From NCBI GenBank assembly GCA_965203055.1, contig OZ241863.1, forward strand, positions 1,664,001-1,728,000: a DNA stretch of 64,000 nucleotides, read 5' to 3'. Shown here one piece after another: positions 55,931 through 64,000 of the stretch (position 1 is the first letter of the stretch; every line of letters begins with the position of its first letter). Made by a program: the position numbers and the translations under genes. The notes beneath the pieces are model-generated. The model made no database searches. It worked only from the letters and a program-made list of their open reading frames with translations, and had not been told where the DNA came from. The DNA comes from Spirochaetia bacterium (lineage in GTDB: Bacteria; Spirochaetota; Spirochaetia; SZUA-6; Bin103).

Positions 55931-57247
55931 TCAGACGCCCGCCGGCGGGGCGGCGGTCGCGATTCCCTGCTCGACCAGCAGCTTGAGGAAGTCGTCGGCC
56001 AGGTCGGCCGCGGCCCCCTCGGGCAACGCCTCCCGGAACGCGCCGGCGCGCACCGGCGCGCCGCGCAGCAGGGTAGCCAGCAGCTCCATGCAGCGGCCGT
56101 CGAACGTCCAGCGGTAGCCGTTCGCCTGCAGCACCGCTTCGCCGCCGGCGCCCCGTTCCAGCGCCGCGTGCCGGGCGCCGCGCAGCCGGATCTCGCAGCG
56201 TTCCCAGTCGGGGGACTTCCACGGATCGAGATAGGGGCCGAGGCCCGGGCGCGACCGTTCCGACCAGGTAGCGCGCATGTGGTCGTCGAATCCCCGTTTC
56301 AGGTCTCCGTCCAGTTCCCTGAGGAGCAGCTCCCGGAGCGCCGCGTAGTGGGCGCCGCCGGAGCGGTCCGTCGGGTGGGGAAGATCGCGGCGGAAGGTCT
56401 CGTGGCGGGCGAGCCGGCCGGAAAGCCATTCCATGAATTCGATACCGGTGACCGCGTTGATGCTGCAGGTGAGGTGCACGCTGCCGGCGCCGTCGGAACC
56501 GTCGTCAGCCTCGGCGCGGGCGTCGTGCCACCAGCCGCGCGGGAGGTAGAGGACGTCGCCGGCCCTGAGCATCCCGTTCCACACCGGCTCGCCGGGCGGC
56601 GTCGCGGGCGGTTCCGCATCCCGCGTCAGCGGAAAGCGCCGCGTTTCGCCGTAGATCTGCCAGCGCTTGGTGCCGGCCACCTGCAAGATGAACACGTCGT
56701 GGTCGTCCCAGTGGGTTGCAAAGCCGGGGGAGGCCATCCACGACGCGTAGAGGTTGATCATCGCGTAGCCGCCCAGGGACTCCTCGATCGCGTCGGCCAC
56801 GGCACGAATCGGAGGATGGAGCTCGTGGATGCCGGGCAGGACGACGGAGGCGCCCTGGCGGAGCATCGCCTGCAGTCGCCGGCCATCGAGCACGCTCGAA
56901 TTCGCCGGTGAGGCGCCCATTCTCCAGCCGAGACCGAACATCGGCCTGGTGTAGGCGATGGAGGGGACGTTCCTGCCCTCCTTGACCAATTTCATCCGGA
57001 CGTACCAGGCGTCCGAGCACAGCAGTTCGTTGAGCTGCTCCCAGGAGCACAGGGACGCGAACCGAGGCGCCTCCGCCCGAAACAGGACCGGGCGCTTCTC
57101 CCGGTAGCGGGTATCGAGGAACTCCTGCGTGGTCAGCGGCCGGACGAGGCCGGCGAACTCGGCCGGATCGTGGCGCTCCGCGCCGGCGGGGAGCACCTCG
57201 ACCGCCGCGGCGGCCGCTGGCGGAACGCGCTCGCCGCGTTCACTCAT
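55931..57247 (-). CDS. JmjC/Cupin_4 2-oxoglutarate/Fe(II) oxygenase
   Basis: GFATHWDDHDVFILQVAGTKRW...LYLPRGWWH (HxD...H triad), SVHLT. Confidence 0.9.
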   Translation of the reverse strand: MSERGERVPPAAAAAVEVLPAGAERHDPAEFAGLVRPLTTQEFLDTRYREKRPVLFRAEAPRFASLCSWEQLNELLCSDAWYVRMKLVKEGRNVPSIAYTRPMFGLGWRMGASPANSSVLDGRRLQAMLRQGASVVLPGIHELHPPIRAVADAIEESLGGYAMINLYASWMASPGFATHWDDHDVFILQVAGTKRWQIYGETRRFPLTRDAEPPATPPGEPVWNGMLRAGDVLYLPRGWWHDARAEADDGSDGAGSVHLTCSINAVTGIEFMEWLSGRLARHETFRRDLPHPTDRSGGAHYAALRELLLRELDGDLKRGFDDHMRATWSERSRPGLGPYLDPWKSPDWERCEIRLRGARHAALERGAGGEAVLQANGYRWTFDGRCMELLATLLRGAPVRAGAFREALPEGAAADLADDFLKLLVEQGIATAAPPAGV

Positions 57248-57458
57248 CGCGTTCCCCTTCGGCGCGCGCGGCCGGCGCGCGGTCCGGTTGCTTCGCCGCG
57301 GTGTCGGGTATGATTTCGATGCTGATGTGCGGAACCGCGCCGCCGGAACTGGCGGCAGGCCGGATCCTGCTCAGGTAGTCGGCCTCCTGCTTGAAGGCAT
57401 AGTGGAAGGCCAGGCACACCACCGGCGCCTCGCCGTGCAAAAGCTTACGAGCGTCCAT
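57240..57458 (-). CDS. Small hypothetical protein (72 aa)
   Basis: TATACT 10 nt before ATG; 8-nt overlap with the JmjC gene, whose SD lies in its 3' end. Confidence 0.4.
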   Translation of the reverse strand: MDARKLLHGEAPVVCLAFHYAFKQEADYLSRIRPAASSGGAVPHISIEIIPDTAAKQPDRAPAARAEGERDE

Positions 57459-57651
57459 GACGCAGGGTAGTATACCGAACCGGGCCGAGGTCCGCATGCG
57501 CCGCCACACGCACCACACGCACCACGGCGATGCCGGATAATCCAACTTGATGGCCGTTCGCTTGACCCGCGGCCAACGATAGCCCAATACTCTGATCGAC
57601 GGCGCCTGCCGCCGAGCGCAGGCGCAGAGACTCGACGAGGAGGTGGAAGTC

Positions 57652-58014
57652 GTGGATACCGGACCCAAGACGATGGGTGAACTTCGCGAGCACTTGATCG
57701 AGAAGGCGACCATCGATGAGAAGTTCCGCGCGCAGTTCATCGCGGATCCAAAGGCTGCCATCAAGGAGGAGTTGGGGGTGGCGCTGCCCGACGGCTACAC
57801 CATCGAGGTGCATGAGGACGCCGCCGACGTCAGCCACATGGTGCTGCCGCCGCCGGCGGCGCTCGCCGAGTCGGAGCTGGCGGCGGCGGCCGGCGGGTCC
57901 GTCAAAGCATGGAATGCCGTAGATCGCACCTATGTCAGCATCGACAACGTGATCTCCTTCTGGGACGACTACGGCGGCACGACCTATCACGGCGGCCCGA
58001 GGCACAACGCCTGA
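57652..58014 (+). CDS. NHLP-leader RiPP precursor 1
   Basis: SD GAGGAGG then GTG; LIEKATIDEKFRAQFIADPKAAI...VHED...VLPP...LAESELAAAAGG; core SVKAWNAVDRTYVSIDNVISFWDDYGGTTYHGGPRHNA. Confidence 0.9.
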   Translation: MDTGPKTMGELREHLIEKATIDEKFRAQFIADPKAAIKEELGVALPDGYTIEVHEDAADVSHMVLPPPAALAESELAAAAGGSVKAWNAVDRTYVSIDNVISFWDDYGGTTYHGGPRHNA

Positions 58015-58027
58015 CTGACGGGCGGGG

Positions 58028-59164
58028 ATGGTTCCCCGCCCGCCGGCAGCGGCGGGTAATCGAGCAGTGCCGTTGTCAGACCGCCAGTACCCAATACCCG
58101 CCGGCGCCAGCTTTGCCGCGGTCCTCGCCGGATGCCGCTCCCTGTTTCCGCCCGCGCTGCTCGGCGCGGCCGGTTGGGAGCGCCTCCTGGAGCAGGCGCG
58201 GCGGCTGCCCCGTTGCGTGGCAGACCATCACTTCGGCTTCGAGTTCCGTCTCGGCGAGTCGAGCCCGGCCGCCGACCTCGGCGTAGTCGTGCTCCCGGCA
58301 TCGGAGCTGGCGCGTCACTACGTCCGCGAGGGGGCGCGCGCCGAACCGGGGTCGCCGGCCGCCGCGCTCGCGGCCGGGCTGCGGGAACAGACCGAGAATC
58401 CCGATTCGTACCTTGCCCGCGGCGTGGCCGGGATGGTGTTGGAATACGATCTGGCCAAGGTCGAACCGGACCGTCCGCCGCCGGCCCCCGGGATATTCTT
58501 CACCCCGCGGCACTCGGCCCCGGGGGCGCGGCCGGAGTTTCATGAACATGGCGATCCCGCCGGCCTGCTTGCGGCGCTTGCCGTGACCGCCGGCTGGAGC
58601 AGTTACGAAGATGAGGTCCCGCGCGTCGAGCGCATCCTGGAGTCGCTGCCGGACAGCGGCTATCTGCTACAGGCGGGAGCCCTCCCGGGGCGCTCTCCGA
58701 AGGCGTTTCGGCTGGTCATCAAGGGCGTGGCGAAAGACGCGATTCCCGCGCTGCTGGAGCGTATCGAGTGGCCCGGCCCGACAGCCGAGGCGGCGGACGT
58801 GCTCGCCGCGCTGGACGACCTGGTCGCCTACGCCGCGGTCAGCCTCGACGTGACCCCGCGCGGCGTGGGCCCGCGGCTCGGTCTGGAACTATACCGCCCG
58901 CCGAAGTGGTTCGCGGTCGATCGCACCGGGTGGCACCCCTTCATCGCCCGAATCGAGGAGCGCGGCTGGTGCTTGCCGGCCAAGGCTGACGGACTGCGAA
59001 GCTGGCCCGGCGCCGAACGGCTGCTCGCCGACCGGGAGGTGCGCGCCGTTCGCCGGGGCATCAACCACGTGAAGGTCGTCATAGCCCCGGATACCCCGAC
59101 GGCGGCGAAAGCATACGCCGGCATGGACGTCCATCCGTACGGATCAACGCCGGCGCTACGATAA
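58028..59164 (+). CDS. Hypothetical enzyme, possibly an ABBA-barrel prenyltransferase-like RiPP maturase; start uncertain (GTG 58067 possible)
   Basis: Directly after precursor 1; motifs FGFEFRL, VLEYD, PGIFF, GPRLGLE, INHVKV, AKAY. Confidence 0.6.
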   Translation: MVPRPPAAAGNRAVPLSDRQYPIPAGASFAAVLAGCRSLFPPALLGAAGWERLLEQARRLPRCVADHHFGFEFRLGESSPAADLGVVVLPASELARHYVREGARAEPGSPAAALAAGLREQTENPDSYLARGVAGMVLEYDLAKVEPDRPPPAPGIFFTPRHSAPGARPEFHEHGDPAGLLAALAVTAGWSSYEDEVPRVERILESLPDSGYLLQAGALPGRSPKAFRLVIKGVAKDAIPALLERIEWPGPTAEAADVLAALDDLVAYAAVSLDVTPRGVGPRLGLELYRPPKWFAVDRTGWHPFIARIEERGWCLPAKADGLRSWPGAERLLADREVRAVRRGINHVKVVIAPDTPTAAKAYAGMDVHPYGSTPALR

Positions 59165-59223
59165 CGCCGCGCCGGCGAAGCGCTTCCCGATCAGGAGCCC
59201 CGGTGCTGTTGTTTACCCATGCA

Positions 59224-59257
59224 CAGCCGCAGGGATCGGAAATCGTCCCTGCGGCTG
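59224..59257. terminator. Hairpin between the convergent maturase gene and precursor 2
   Basis: cagccgcaggga...tccctgcggctg, 12-bp stem. Confidence 0.6.
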
Positions 59258-59275
59258 CAACGGAACGTCAGCCGG

Positions 59276-59635
59276 TCAGTCGGCGTTATGCCGCGGGCCG
59301 CCGTGATAGGTCGGGCCGCCGACGTCGTCCCAGAAGGTAAACAGATTGTCGGTGCCCACGTAGTTGCTGCCATTCCACCGGTAGATGGCCCCGCCGGACG
59401 CGGTCTCCAGCTCCGACTCGGCGAGCGACGCCGGCGGCGCCAGTACCAGGTTGGCGGTGTCCGGCGAGTCCTCATGCACCTTGATGGTGAAGTTCGGGGG
59501 GACCGCCATCTCCAACTCGTCCTTGATGGCAGTCTTCGGATCGGAGATCAGCTGAGCCCGAAACTCCGGGTCGGACGTAGCCTTCTCCACCAAGCGCGAC
59601 CGCATTTCCCGAACGGTCAGGGTTGCTTCGCTCAT
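59276..59635 (-). CDS. NHLP-leader RiPP precursor 2
   Basis: SD GGAGGGAAGG; LVEKATSDPEFRAQLISDPK...LAESELETASGG; core AIYRWNGSNYVGTDNLFTFWDDVGGPTYHGGPRHNAD. Confidence 0.92.
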   Translation of the reverse strand: MSEATLTVREMRSRLVEKATSDPEFRAQLISDPKTAIKDELEMAVPPNFTIKVHEDSPDTANLVLAPPASLAESELETASGGAIYRWNGSNYVGTDNLFTFWDDVGGPTYHGGPRHNAD

Positions 59636-59920
59636 TACCTTCCCTCCATAAGTAAGTGTTCAAATGGAGAGTATCGGCTACCGGCGACAGGTGTCAACCG
59701 AGACGTACCTGACCTGGCGCAGAAAATCACTTATCCGGTATTTCAGTGGCCGCTCGCCCACCGGCCCGCGCCCCCCGGCGGGCCGCCGGCCGGTTTCCCG
59801 GTGCCCTTCCGGACCGCCCTTGGTATTCCCTATCGAATTACCTGTAAATCAATTACGCGGTAATCGTCGAGGTCCCGCCAGCCCTGCTGCGCACGTCAAC
59901 CCCTCCCGCAGCCAGCCAGT

Positions 59921-59956
59921 CTCAGGCAGTCCGGCGGTGGCGGGTGGCGCCGTCGG
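59921..59956. repeat. ~35-bp imperfect direct repeat (second copy 61440-61473)
   Basis: ctcaggcagtccggcggtggcgggtggcgccgtcgg vs ctcaggcatgccgggtggcgggtggcgccgtcgg. Confidence 0.75.
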
Positions 59957-59991
59957 GGATCGAGATCGTCCCCGCGGCTGCGGAACGCCGG

Positions 59992-60324
59992 TCAGTCAGC
60001 GTTATGCTGCGGGCCGCCGATATAGGTCGGACCGCCGACATCGTCCCAGAAGGTAAACGCCTCGTCGATGCCCGCGTTGCCATATGCGGCATTCCACTTG
60101 TAGACGGCCCCGCCGGACGCGGTCTCCAGATCCGACTCGGCGAGCGACGCCGGCGGCGCCAGTACCAGGTTGGCGGTGTTCCGCGAGTCCTCATGCACCT
60201 TGATGGTGAAGTTCGGGGGGATCGCCATCTCCAACTCGTCCTTGATGGCAGCCTTCGGATCGGAGATCAGCTAAGCCCGAAACTCCGGGTCGGACGTAGC
60301 CTTCTCCACCAGGCGCGACCGCAT
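59992..60324 (-). pseudogene. NHLP-leader RiPP precursor 3, 5'-truncated with an in-frame amber codon
   Basis: Nearly identical leader to precursor 2, but TAG at 60271-60273 replaces CAG; homology stops at ~60327; core AVYKWNAAYGNAGIDEAFTFWDDVGGPTYIGGPQHNAD. Confidence 0.88.
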
Positions 60325-60396
60325 TTCGGGCGCAGCCGGCTGCGCGCACGGCTTCGGGCAGCGCCCGGCAGCGCCGATCTCTTCGGGTGTGTGTCG

Positions 60397-61365
60397 TCAG
60401 GTCCCGTCGCCGCCCGCCGCGGCCGCGCCGTTGGGTTGGCTCCTGAGCTTCTGATACTCCTGCTCGCCAATCCCGGTCGCCCGCTCGATCAACGACCAGT
60501 CGACGCCGACCCGCAGGAATCCATCGATTATCTCCAACCGGCCCTCGCGGTGCCGCTGTTCGGCAACCGCTCGCATCTCGTCGCGCCCTTCCTGGCGCAG
60601 CCGCTCGCCGCTCGTCATCAACTCCCCTCCTGCCGCCGTGCGGCTCAGTATATCGCCCATCGCCTCGGGCGTGTCTTCAGGTCCCGTCTCCGCGATATAG
60701 TGCATGAACATCTTCATGTCGTCCTGACCGCCGCTTCCTTCCCGCTCCAAGTCGTCCAGCAGCGGCCGCATCCGCGCCCGTGCCTCCCGCACCGCGCGGC
60801 TGAAGGCGTGCATCATCGTCAGCTGCAGCAACCGCGCCCGGACGCTGCCGGCCGCCTGCGCCGGCGACACCTGCGTCTGATCGAACAGCACGTGCTCGAA
60901 CCGGGGCAGCCATGGCCAGTCCCGCGTTGCGGCCGGGAACAGGTCAGCGAACTGCGGGGAGTGCTGCCAGCCGGTGGGACCCTGGTAGAAGACCAGCGGC
61001 AGGATCGGGCGCAGATAGCCGGCATCCTGGTGGTCCCGGCGGTCGTGCTCCCAGATGCGGCAGCAGTAGGCCAGCAGGCGCAGGCGCAGCCAGTAGTCCG
61101 GGGTGGACTGATGCTCGAACAGCAGGTAGAGCCAGAGCGGAGCCTGCGCGGCGCCGGGTGCGGCGTAACCGATCTCGAACAGCAGGTCGGACGCGGTGCC
61201 GCGGAGGTCCGGGGCAACGAAGGAAGCGGGGAGCTGCTTGAGCGTGGGCCAGCGCAGGGCGCGGCTGAGCCGCGCGGGCAGCCTGGCTTGCAGGAATGAC
61301 GCGGCGTCCGCCGGGGCGCCGAACACGCGCTTGAACAGATGGTCGTGGGGCTGATGGATAGCCAT
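60397..61365 (-). CDS. Rpn family nuclease/putative transposase (Transposase_31 type), divergent from copies 1-3
   Basis: PHDHLFKRVF, SDLLF, LFEHQS, LRLRLLAY, PLVFYQG, LIERATGI. Confidence 0.92.
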   Translation of the reverse strand: MAIHQPHDHLFKRVFGAPADAASFLQARLPARLSRALRWPTLKQLPASFVAPDLRGTASDLLFEIGYAAPGAAQAPLWLYLLFEHQSTPDYWLRLRLLAYCCRIWEHDRRDHQDAGYLRPILPLVFYQGPTGWQHSPQFADLFPAATRDWPWLPRFEHVLFDQTQVSPAQAAGSVRARLLQLTMMHAFSRAVREARARMRPLLDDLEREGSGGQDDMKMFMHYIAETGPEDTPEAMGDILSRTAAGGELMTSGERLRQEGRDEMRAVAEQRHREGRLEIIDGFLRVGVDWSLIERATGIGEQEYQKLRSQPNGAAAAGGDGT

Positions 61366-61602
61366 GCCCCATATAACGGGCCGGCCGTCTGTGGCGCTTT
61401 TGCCCGGCGACGCCAACCCTGCGAGCATGGGGGATCGTCCTCAGGCATGCCGGGTGGCGGGTGGCGCCGTCGGCCCGCCGCCCCGTGCGCGCCGGCGGGC
61501 GGCCTCAGCCCTTCCCTGCCTGCGCTCGGCGGCAGCATGCGCGCCGCAATTCTGCTATGGTAGCTTCCGGCACGTATCGTTAGCGCTAAGAGAGAGGGAG
61601 TC

Positions 61603-63042
61603 ATGCCGTCCATCGCAGTCAGAAACTTCGGTCCGATCGCGCACGCCGAGGTCGATCTGAAACCGCTTACCGTGCTGATCGGCTCCAACAACACCGGAAA
61701 ATCATACCTCGCTCTGGCAGTATACTCCCTGTTTCAGGCCGTCTTGAGGATTCGCGACCATAAATATCGGCCGACAAGATCGCGAAGAACTCTGAAACCA
61801 TTGTACGAGCATGAAAATTCGGTTCAACGCCTGGTGAGCGCGGGAGGTGACTGGAGCCGTATCAAGCCGGATGTCGTCAACGTCATCTCAGGGGCATCCC
61901 GGTTCCGCAATCTGCCAGCAGAGATCAAGGAATCTCTTCGAAAGGAATCGAAACTATGGGCCAGGGTGTACTCCGATTACATGGCGTACGAGTTGCAGCG
62001 CAGTTCTGGTTTCAACATGAGTCAACTTGAAAGAAAAGATCACCGGATAGAGCACGGAGGACTTGAAATAAAGGTGTGTGACAAGTCAACCGGACTATCC
62101 TGGAACATGCGTTGTATTGGAGACAATCTAACGGTCGATAGATGGGAACCAAACACATCGATTATGTCAGAAAGTGACGATCGACCATCGCTCATTTCGT
62201 CAAGTCACGATCTAGACCAAGAACGTGACTTGGTCGACTTGTTGACGACGTGGTATCCGGCATTCCTGCTACGAGGTTATTCAACTCCATCGCATTATCT
62301 ACCGGCCGGCAGGTCGGCCATCCTGCAAAGACACAAGACGCTGGCGGGTCTGATCGTCGGACAGGCATCCACCGCGTGGATCGAGTCGAAGCAGGTCGAT
62401 CAGATGCCCGGTGTCATCGCGGATTTCGTTCGGGCGTTGCTCTTCCTTACACGTACAGAACTTCGATCCGGAAAGATAAAGAACACCGTAGAGTTCCTGG
62501 AATCGAATGTCCTCGCGGGGTCGGTGGACCTCGAACGGCAATATGAATACGCGGATCTGCAATACCGGAGCGATGTGGGAGAGTTCAACTTGCACCAAGT
62601 ATCGTCCATGGTGTCCGAAATAGCCCCGCTGGTGCTATACCTGAAGTATCTGGTAAGACTGAATCATCTATGCATCATCGAGGAGCCGGAGTCGCACCTG
62701 GACCCGGCCAATCAGCGCCTCCTTGCCCGAGCCATCGCGATGTTGGTAAACGCCGGCGTACGAATTCTAGTGACGACTCATAGCGACATTTTTCTGAACC
62801 AGATCAACAACTTGATGCAGATTTCCAGTCTTGCACCAAGAAAACGTCTGAGGATGGGTTACAAGGCTGCCGAAGTGCTGACCCCAAGTGACGTATCAGC
62901 ATACGTGTTCAGACCCGGCGACCGCGGCACTCACGTAACTCCGCTTTCGGTCGATGGCGATTACGGTATCTCTACCGAGTCGTTCGACGCAGTTCACCGC
63001 GCCCTCTACGACGAAGCCGTCAAGATGGAGCATGACGGATAG
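61603..63042 (+). CDS. AAA/ABC-like ATPase (AAA_15/AAA_21 type), lower GC
   Basis: NFGPI, GSNNTGKSY, SSMVSEIAP, IIEEPESHL, VTTHSD. Confidence 0.9.
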   Translation: MPSIAVRNFGPIAHAEVDLKPLTVLIGSNNTGKSYLALAVYSLFQAVLRIRDHKYRPTRSRRTLKPLYEHENSVQRLVSAGGDWSRIKPDVVNVISGASRFRNLPAEIKESLRKESKLWARVYSDYMAYELQRSSGFNMSQLERKDHRIEHGGLEIKVCDKSTGLSWNMRCIGDNLTVDRWEPNTSIMSESDDRPSLISSSHDLDQERDLVDLLTTWYPAFLLRGYSTPSHYLPAGRSAILQRHKTLAGLIVGQASTAWIESKQVDQMPGVIADFVRALLFLTRTELRSGKIKNTVEFLESNVLAGSVDLERQYEYADLQYRSDVGEFNLHQVSSMVSEIAPLVLYLKYLVRLNHLCIIEEPESHLDPANQRLLARAIAMLVNAGVRILVTTHSDIFLNQINNLMQISSLAPRKRLRMGYKAAEVLTPSDVSAYVFRPGDRGTHVTPLSVDGDYGISTESFDAVHRALYDEAVKMEHDG

Positions 63043-63210
63043 CGCCCGTGTACGTTCCTCCGCAAACACTTGGCTGCGTCTGCGATTCATGCAGCGAAGG
63101 GAACTGCAGTATCGACTTGACCGGCCGAACCAGGATCGTTCAGGTGTTGAACCTCGACGCGAAGCAGCCGGATTGAGTTTCGAGGGCAGAGCCGCAGAAT
63201 AATTCCGATG
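63032..63210 (+). pseudogene. Probable frameshifted partner gene of the ATPase
   Basis: ATG overlaps the ATPase end; a different frame reads CVCDSCSEGNCSIDLTG...VLNLDAK then stops. Confidence 0.35.
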
Positions 63211-63571
63211 GAATGCGGATCACGGCTCAGCAGCATCCGGGGACTATGAGAGGATCAAGGTCGTCGCGCGCGGCCGGTGCCGGCGGGTAGCTCCGGGAAC
63301 CGGCACCGCCCCTGATTCTCGGCACCGGGGCGCAGACCGAAAGGCGATGCAAGCGCTGGGCGCACTTCCAAAGTGTTGTTGGTGACTGCCGGCCGGGACC
63401 TCCGGCCGGCGGGCGCCGACGGTTATCTGCTTGGCGTGTCGTTCTCACCCCGCTCGCGGAGCATCGCCTCAAGTGCGGCGATGCGCGCTTCCGCCTGGCT
63501 CGGGCGCCCCGTCGGTCACCGTCGGTCGCGGCGAGGTTGACAGCGGCGCCTGCCGGTGCAAGCCTTCCGGG

Positions 63572-64000
63572 ATGCCGGAGCGACGTGCCGTGCACCGTTC
63601 TCTGCTGTCGTGGCGGCGCGACCTGAGCGTCAACTACCAGCTCTACCTGCTGGTGCTGCTGCCGGTCGTCTACATCTTCGTGTTCATGTACCTGCCGATG
63701 TACGGCACCCAGATCGCGTTCCGCGAGTTTCTCGCGGTCAAGGGCATCTGGGGCAGCGACTGGGTAGGCTTCAAGTACTTCCTCAAGTTCTTCGACTCCC
63801 CCTACTTCGTGCGCGTGGTGCGCAACACGCTGGAAATCAGCCTCTACACCCTGATCGCCGGGTTCCCGTTCCCGATCCTGCTGGCGCTGGCGCTCAACAG
63901 CGCCCTCAACCGCCGCTTCAAGAAGACGGTGCAGATGATCACCTACGCGCCCTACTTCATCTCTACCGTAGTCATGGTCGGCATGCTCTTCCAGTTCCTC
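63572..64000 (+). CDS. Carbohydrate ABC permease (LplB-like), 3'-partial
   Basis: Translated by hand: YQLYLLVLLPVVYIFVFMYLPMYGTQIAF...SDWVGFKYF...FPFPILLALALN...YAPYFIS; runs off the window. Confidence 0.9.
   Translation, partial: MPERRAVHRSLLSWRRDLSVNYQLYLLVLLPVVYIFVFMYLPMYGTQIAFREFLAVKGIWGSDWVGFKYFLKFFDSPYFVRVVRNTLEISLYTLIAGFPFPILLALALNSALNRRFKKTVQMITYAPYFISTVVMVGMLFQFL

Noticed and set aside
59820..59865. AT-rich ATTAC...GTAAT motifs upstream of precursor 2 as an operator
   Set aside because: Short and imperfect, with no regulator gene nearby; cannot be supported from sequence alone
60271..60273. In-frame TAG as pyrrolysine or amber recoding in precursor 3
   Set aside because: A single C>T from CAG in a gene that has also lost its start and RBS; no pyl genes; other genes here use TAG as a stop
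57652..60324. Diversity-generating retroelement behind core variation
   Set aside because: No reverse transcriptase, and the differences include indels and are not evidently adenine-restricted

Overview
High-GC bacterial window. The 'AGGGGE/AAGEAES'-type binding-protein leaders, YWTD eukaryote-like repeats and multiple Uma2/Rpn/HNH paralogues suggest, by inference only, a host-associated spirochaete such as a sponge symbiont. Housekeeping and metabolic blocks (dapA, rsmA, comEC, a serine-palmitoyltransferase-like/fabZ/acyl-CoA ligase operon, ABC transporters, sulfatase, coaE, tRNA-Glu) alternate with accessory patches: (1) a frameshifted low-GC Ig/HExxH lipoprotein gene behind a C26 tract; (2) an HNH nuclease plus double-domain methyltransferase R-M pair with a nested-palindrome operator; (3) a decayed type I R-M operon (hsdM, three tandem Rpn genes, an HsdS::HsdR chimera) coupled to a HipA-kinase/HIRAN pair; (4) a compact RiPP locus at 55.9-60.3 kb with three paralogous NHLP-leader precursors (variable core, conserved FWDDxGGxTYxGGPxHNA tail), a JmjC oxygenase and an orphan, possibly prenyltransferase-like enzyme. 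The RiPP locus is the best candidate for an undescribed system. No CRISPR array, integrase, reverse transcriptase or rRNA was seen. All family calls are from motif recognition by eye; no database search was run.
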